Of a DNA stretch of 37,619 nt, positions 33,476 through 37,619 are shown one piece after another (position 1 is the stretch's first letter; each line of letters starts with the position of its first letter). A program made the position numbers and the translations under genes. The DNA lies in the NCBI GenBank assembly GCA_037379765.1, contig JARRJE010000043.1:865-38483 (forward strand). Reading direction: 5' to 3'. The notes under the pieces are model-generated. The model had not been told where the DNA came from and did no database searches. It saw only the letters and a program-made list of their open reading frames with translations. This DNA comes from Deltaproteobacteria bacterium (lineage in GTDB: Bacteria > Desulfobacterota > Desulfobulbia > Desulfobulbales > UBA5123).

Positions 33476-34183
33476 ATGGAAATCACTCCGGACGCTTTCA
33501 TCTTCTGGCAGCACGGCATCTTCAAGCTCAACGCCACCATTGTGGTCACCTGGGCCATCATGGCCTTGCTGGTGATTGCCTCCTGGCTGGTGACCAGAAA
33601 GCTTTCGCCCGCCGCCGAGATGTCCCGCTGGCAGAACCTGCTGGAGACCGTCGTCGAGTTGCTCCGCAGGGAGATTCGGGAGGCGAGCCAGCAGGAAGCC
33701 GAGCAGTACCTGCCGCTCATTGGCACACTGTTTCTCTTTATCGTCACCGCCAATATCCTTACCATCTTCCCGGGCTACTGGCCCCCCACGGGATCGCTAT
33801 CCACCACCGCCGCCCTGGCCCTTTGCGTGCTGGTGGCGGTGCCGGTTTACGGCATCGCCAGCCAGGGGCTGGTCGGCTATCTCACCCAATACGTCCGGCC
33901 CACCCCGATCATGCTGCCTTTCAACATCATCGGCGAGTTCTCCCGGACCCTCGCCCTGGCCGTCCGCCTCTTCGGCAACATCATGAGCGGCACCATGATC
34001 ATCGCAGTGCTCCTGGCGGTTACCCCTTTCTTCTTCCCGGTAATCATGCACGTCCTGGGACTGCTCACCGGTGTGATCCAAGCTTACATCTTCGCCATTC
34101 TGGCCATCGTCTACATCGCGTCCGCCACCCGGACGCATCAAATCGCAGAAGAAAAGAACAAGGAGGAACAAGCGCATGGATAA
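33476..34183 (+). CDS. atpB: F-type ATPase a subunit
   Basis: 235 aa. It contains the essential-Arg helix LALAVRLFGNIMSG and the C-terminal helices VIQAYIFAILAIVYI. Confidence 0.9.
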   Translation: MEITPDAFIFWQHGIFKLNATIVVTWAIMALLVIASWLVTRKLSPAAEMSRWQNLLETVVELLRREIREASQQEAEQYLPLIGTLFLFIVTANILTIFPGYWPPTGSLSTTAALALCVLVAVPVYGIASQGLVGYLTQYVRPTPIMLPFNIIGEFSRTLALAVRLFGNIMSGTMIIAVLLAVTPFFFPVIMHVLGLLTGVIQAYIFAILAIVYIASATRTHQIAEEKNKEEQAHG

Positions 34184-34454
34184 CCTGACCTGGATTGCCG
34201 TCGCCTCGATCATCTCCGCCGGTATCTGCATGGGGATAGGCGCCGTGGGCCCGGCCTTGGGCGAAGGCCGGGCCGCGGCCCAGGCCCTGAGCTCCATCGC
34301 TCAGCAGCCGGACATGACCACCACCATCACCCGCACCCTGTTCGTGAGCCTGGCCATGATTGAGTCCACGGCCATCTATGCTCTGGTGGTAGCGATGATC
34401 GTTCTCTTCGCCAATCCCTTCTGGAGTTATATGGTGAGCCGGGTCGGGGGATGA
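34176..34454 (+). CDS. atpE: F-type ATPase c subunit with a two-carboxylate Na+-type ion-site signature
   Basis: 92 aa hairpin. Helix 1 reads GIGAVGPALGEGRAA and helix 2 reads LAMIESTAIYALVVAMIVLF. It overlaps the atpB end by 8 nt. Confidence 0.9.
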   Translation: MDNLTWIAVASIISAGICMGIGAVGPALGEGRAAAQALSSIAQQPDMTTTITRTLFVSLAMIESTAIYALVVAMIVLFANPFWSYMVSRVGG

Positions 34455-34492
34455 ACGGAAGCCTCCACCAGCACCGCATCTGCTTTATCATC

Positions 34493-34533
34493 GGTCTGTC
34501 CGCATAGCGGGCTATAGCGGACAGGCCTCTTTC
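34493..34533 (+). terminator. GC-rich hairpin plus pyrimidine/T-rich tail downstream of atpE (possible partial terminator/attenuator)
   Basis: GGTCTGTCCGC (34493-34503) pairs with GCGGACAGGCC (34517-34527), 11 bp including one G-U. The tail that follows is TCTTTC. This hairpin is nested inside an outer stem, CGGAAGC (34456-62) / GCTTCCG (34557-63). Confidence 0.35.
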
Positions 34534-34644
34534 GCGCATCTGCAGCACTGGTGAAAGCTTCCGGAATTGTTGGAAACAAATAGAGAATTCAATGCACTCG
34601 ATCACAGGGGGAACATCTTTAAATCCAAATTACTCCCAACCTAT

Positions 34645-34675
34645 AAGCCTTCAGATGTGCTGCATCTGAAGGCTT
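34645..34675 (+). promoter_or_regulatory. perfect 13-bp hairpin abutting the atpF Shine-Dalgarno
   Basis: AAGCCTTCAGATG-tgctg-CATCTGAAGGCTT, followed immediately by CAGGAGAG (SD) and the ATG at 34689. Confidence 0.5.
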
Positions 34676-34688
34676 CAGGAGAGTATCG

Positions 34689-35534
34689 ATGCTGATTGAC
34701 TGGTTCACGGTGGCGGCTCAGATCGTCAACTTTCTCATCCTCATTTTCTTGCTCAAGCATTTCCTCTACGGGCCGATCATCCGGGCCATGGACCGGCGGC
34801 AGGAAATGGTGGTCTCCCGCCTGCAGGAGGCAGACGAGAAGTGGCAGGAGGCAGAGGGAGAAAAGGAACGGCTGGCTGCCCAACAGCGGGAGCTCAAACA
34901 CCAGCGTGAAGAGCTCTTGGCCGAGGCCCGGCAGGAGGCGGAGGAGCTGCGCAAACAGTTGACCACTCAGGCCCGGGAAGAAGTGGCCCGATTGCAGGAG
35001 CGCTGGCAGGCGTCCCTGCAAAGCGAACAGGAATCTTTTCTGAAAGAGCTGCAGCGCCGGGCCGGCCTCCAGGTTTACGCTGTGGCCGGCAAGGCCCTGG
35101 CCGAGCTGGCCGACGCAGATCTCGAGCAGAGGATGGTGGATTCCGCGCTCGGCCGTCTGGAAAAGCTGGAAGGAGAACCCCGGGACCGATTGCAGGAATC
35201 GGCCCGGAACGCGACCGCCCTGGTCGTGCGGAGCGCCTTCGCCATTCCGGACAAAGACCGCCAGCGACTCACCAAAAGGTTGCACGAAGTCCTGGTGGCC
35301 AAGCCCGAGGTGCGTTACGAAACCGCGCCCGAGTTGCTGTGCGGCATCGAAATCGATGCCCACGGCTGCATGATAGGGTGGAACCTGGGGGAATACCTGC
35401 GCGAGCTGGAGGAGGACTTGGGCCGGGCGCTTGAAGTGGGATCTCGCACGGTGAGACTAAAAGGAACGGAGAATGAAAAATGGAGAATGAAAAGAAGGGT
35501 CCTCCATTCTTTAATCATAATTCTTCATTCTTAA
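34689..35534 (+). CDS. atpF: F-type ATPase b subunit with delta-like C-terminal extension (b/delta fusion typical of N-ATPases)
   Basis: 281 aa. An N-terminal TM helix ([18 protein letters not shown]) is followed by a long charged coiled coil. The C-terminal part, ...[34 protein letters not shown], resembles the delta/OSCP C-terminus. No separate atpH is present. The last ~20 codons lie in an AT-rich insert and may not be native. Confidence 0.8.
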   Translation: MLIDWFTVAAQIVNFLILIFLLKHFLYGPIIRAMDRRQEMVVSRLQEADEKWQEAEGEKERLAAQQRELKHQREELLAEARQEAEELRKQLTTQAREEVARLQERWQASLQSEQESFLKELQRRAGLQVYAVAGKALAELADADLEQRMVDSALGRLEKLEGEPRDRLQESARNATALVVRSAFAIPDKDRQRLTKRLHEVLVAKPEVRYETAPELLCGIEIDAHGCMIGWNLGEYLRELEEDLGRALEVGSRTVRLKGTENEKWRMKRRVLHSLIIILHS

Positions 35535-35540
35535 TTCCAC
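35455..35540. repeat. AT-rich quasi-palindromic insert at the atpF/atpA junction
   Basis: Tandem GGAGAATGAAAA at 35468-35479 and 35482-35493. These are opposed by CCTCCATTCTTT / TTCTTCATTCTTAATTCC. GC drops sharply relative to the surroundings. The insert supplies both the atpF stop (35532-34) and the atpA ATG (35480). Confidence 0.6.
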
Positions 35541-36921
35541 TTCTCGACAACGCCTTCGATCTCTTCGACCGCACCCTGGAAGCCCATGAAATGCGGCTCC
35601 ATCTGCGGGAGGTGGGGATGGTCTTCAATCTGGATCCGGATGAGATCGGGGTGATCATGCTCGATGCAAGCGACGAGGTGGGGGCAGGCGCAAAGGTTTC
35701 CCGCACTGGCCGGGTGATGGACGTGCCGGTAGGAGAAGCGCTTCTCGGGCGGGTGGTGGATGCCACCGGCCGGCCGCTCGACGAACAAGGGCCGATGCGG
35801 GCCAGAGAGCGGCGGCCCATTGAGCGGGAGGCCGCAGGGATCATGGACCGCGACCCGGTCACCGTGCCCCTGCAGACCGGGCTCAAGGTGACGGATGCCC
35901 TCATCCCCATCGGCCGGGGCCAGCGAGAGCTCATCCTGGGCGACCGCCAGACTGGGAAAACCGCCATTGCTCTCGACACCATCATCAACCAGCGGGACAA
36001 GAACGTGCTCTGCGTGTACTGCGCCATTGGCCAGCGCAGCTCGGCGGTTTCCAAGCTCATTGCCGACCTGGGCGAGCGGGGCGCCATGGGCTACACCATC
36101 GTGGTGAACGCGGCCGGCGAGGAACCGCCGGGCATGAAGTTCATCGCCCCGTATGCTGCCACCACCATGGCCGAATACTTCATGGAGCAGGGGCGCGACG
36201 TGCTCATCGTCTATGACGACCTCACCCATCATGCCCGGGCCTACAGGGAGCTGTCGCTTCTCCTCCGCCGGCCGCCCGGCCGGGAGGCCTTTCCGGGAGA
36301 CATCTTCTACATTCATTCCCGGCTGCTCGAGCGCTCGACCCCGGCGGCTCGCTTTCGGCGCTCCCCATCGTGGAGACCGAGGCCCAGAACGTCTCTGCCT
36401 ACATCCCTACCAACCTGATCTCCATCACCGACGGCCAGATCTATCTCTCCCCGAATCTCTTCCAGAAGGGGCTGCTGCCGGCTGTGGACGTGGGCAGGTC
36501 GGTTTCCCGGGTGGGCGGCAAGACCCAGCTCCCCTCTTACCGGATGGTGGCCGGCGACCTTCGATTGTCTTACTCTCAGTTCGAGGAGCTGGAGAAATTC
36601 GCCCGGTTTTCCACCCGCCTGGACGAGGCGACCAAGAAGACCCTGGAGCGGGGCAGGCGGGTGCGGGAGGTGCTCAAGCAGGAACAATATGCCCCTCTCC
36701 CGGCGCATCAGCAGATCGCGGTGCTGCTGGCAGTAAACAACGGCCTGTTCGACGATCTTCCCATCGAAAAAATAGGGGCGGCCCAGCAGGCCATTTACCG
36801 GATGGTGGGAGAGGAGCTTGCCGAGCTCGGCCGCAAGATCGAAGAAGGCCAGAAGCTCACTGATGGAGACCGGGAGCGGCTGCTGGCTGCCGCCCGCCGA
36901 GCGACTGAGCCTTTTAGTTGA
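35480..36921 (+). pseudogene. atpA: F-type ATPase alpha subunit with an in-frame N-terminal-domain gap of about 31 aa and a frameshift/short deletion near 36335-36342
   Basis: Two ORFs in different frames: 35480..36418 and 36370..36921. Walker A is [18 protein letters not shown], followed by LIVYDDLT and [27 protein letters not shown]. The frame then switches to (A)[38 protein letters not shown]. The distance from REVG to the Walker A is about 31 aa shorter than in E. coli alpha, so the beta-barrel strands between REVG and MVFNLD are missing. Confidence 0.8.
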
Positions 36922-37029
36922 AACCGTTCAAATGGTTGAAATTGTTTGAATTAGTGGCACTTGTTGAACCGATCAAACAAACCAAACCAGTCAAACAAAT
37001 AAAACGAGTCCAACCAATCCAACCAGCCC
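36922..37029. repeat. low-GC strand-asymmetric spacer (GTTGAA/GTTTGAA units followed by TCAAAC/CCAACC units) between atpA and atpG
   Basis: GGTTGAAATTGTTTGA (36934-49) is imperfectly complementary to TCAAACAAACCAAACC (36973-88), 12/16 by eye. CCAACC-type units repeat up to the atpG ATG. Confidence 0.5.
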
Positions 37030-37619
37030 ATGCAAACCCTTGAATCCCTCGAAAGAAGCATTCGGAGCGCCGAGGATCTTTACGCCATCGTGCGCACCAT
37101 GAAGACCATCGCTGCGGTCAACATCCGCCACTACGAAAAAGCGGTGGAGTCTGTGGCCGAGTATTTCCGGGCCGTGGAACTGGGATTGCAAGCGGTCCTC
37201 CGGGGTCGATCCGCCGCTTTTATGCGCCGGGCAGCGGGCACGCCGCCCGGCGGCCTGGGAGCGGTGGTCTTTGGCAGCGATCAGGGCCTCGCCGGCGGCT
37301 TCAACGACCAGATCGTCTCCCTGGCCATGGACCAAATGGAGCGGCGCGAACCGGAGGCCGGCAGGCGGGCGGTGCTTTGCGTGGGCGGCCGGGCGGCCGC
37401 CCTGCTCGGTGGCCGCGGCCAGCCCAGCGAAGAGGTCATTTCGGTGCCGCCGACCTTGGGCGGGGTCACCTCGGCGGTGGAGCAGCTTGTCCTTGCCATT
37501 TCCGCTTGGCAGGAGAAAAGGCTGGTCGGCCGCGTGATGCTTTTTCACAACCGGCCGGTTTCATCGGCCGCCTACGAGCCGCGTCAGACCTTGCTTCTGC
37601 CCCTTGATCCCGAGTGGCT
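37030..37619 (+). CDS. atpG: F-type ATPase gamma subunit, 3' end beyond the window
   Basis: Absent from the ORF track because there is no stop in the window. Hand translation from ATG 37030: MQTLESLERSIRSAEDLYAIVRTMKTIAAVNIRHYEKAVESVAEYFRAVELGL...AVVFGSDQGLAGGFNDQIV... These are typical gamma motifs (TMK..AA, SD.GL.GGFN). Confidence 0.85.
   Translation, partial: MQTLESLERSIRSAEDLYAIVRTMKTIAAVNIRHYEKAVESVAEYFRAVELGLQAVLRGRSAAFMRRAAGTPPGGLGAVVFGSDQGLAGGFNDQIVSLAMDQMERREPEAGRRAVLCVGGRAAALLGGRGQPSEEVISVPPTLGGVTSAVEQLVLAISAWQEKRLVGRVMLFHNRPVSSAAYEPRQTLLLPLDPEW

Overview
GC-rich (about 60% by eye) bacterial chromosomal window. Gene content suggests an anaerobic Desulfobacterota/deltaproteobacterium-type genome; this is inference only, since no rRNA or tRNA is present.

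Gene map, left to right:
(1) minus strand: an ExeA/GspA-type AAA ATPase (runs off the window) preceded by a large secreted PG-binding / trypsin-fold / FG-GAP protein.
(2) a trehalose block: small hypothetical, conserved hypothetical, treT, then treZ (disrupted), a GH57 enzyme and treY.
(3) a lower-GC islet with a PilZ protein, an RHH-like protein and a zinc-ribbon-ParA ATPase.
(4) recD2 and rnz.
(5) a long minus-strand run: PoxB-like TPP enzyme, enolase-superfamily enzyme, a 1368-aa YdiJ-like FAD/Fe-S protein fused in frame to an SDR, then a sensory-rhodopsin-transducer (ASRT) homolog operonic with a membrane-anchored cytochrome c.
(6) an N-type (atpD-C-Q-R-B-E-F-A-G order, no delta) F-ATPase operon running off the right edge.

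The most interesting feature is that two tandem paralogous CPA2-type cation:proton antiporter genes sit inside the N-ATPase operon, exactly between atpQ and atpR, with overlapping or near-abutting gene boundaries.

The operon is also unusual in two other ways. It carries structured or AT-rich intercistronic inserts. It also carries several apparent lesions: the atpA N-terminal domain is about 31 aa short and has a downstream frameshift, antiporter 2 is frameshifted, and atpR lacks its first TM helix. treZ has a similar internal deletion plus frameshift. These are either real gene decay or assembly artefacts and must be checked against reads.

Two dispersed repeat families are present: a roughly 195-nt structured element (2 copies) and a roughly 85-95-nt CACAGAG hairpin element (2 copies). 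No CRISPR array, transposase, rRNA or tRNA was recognised.
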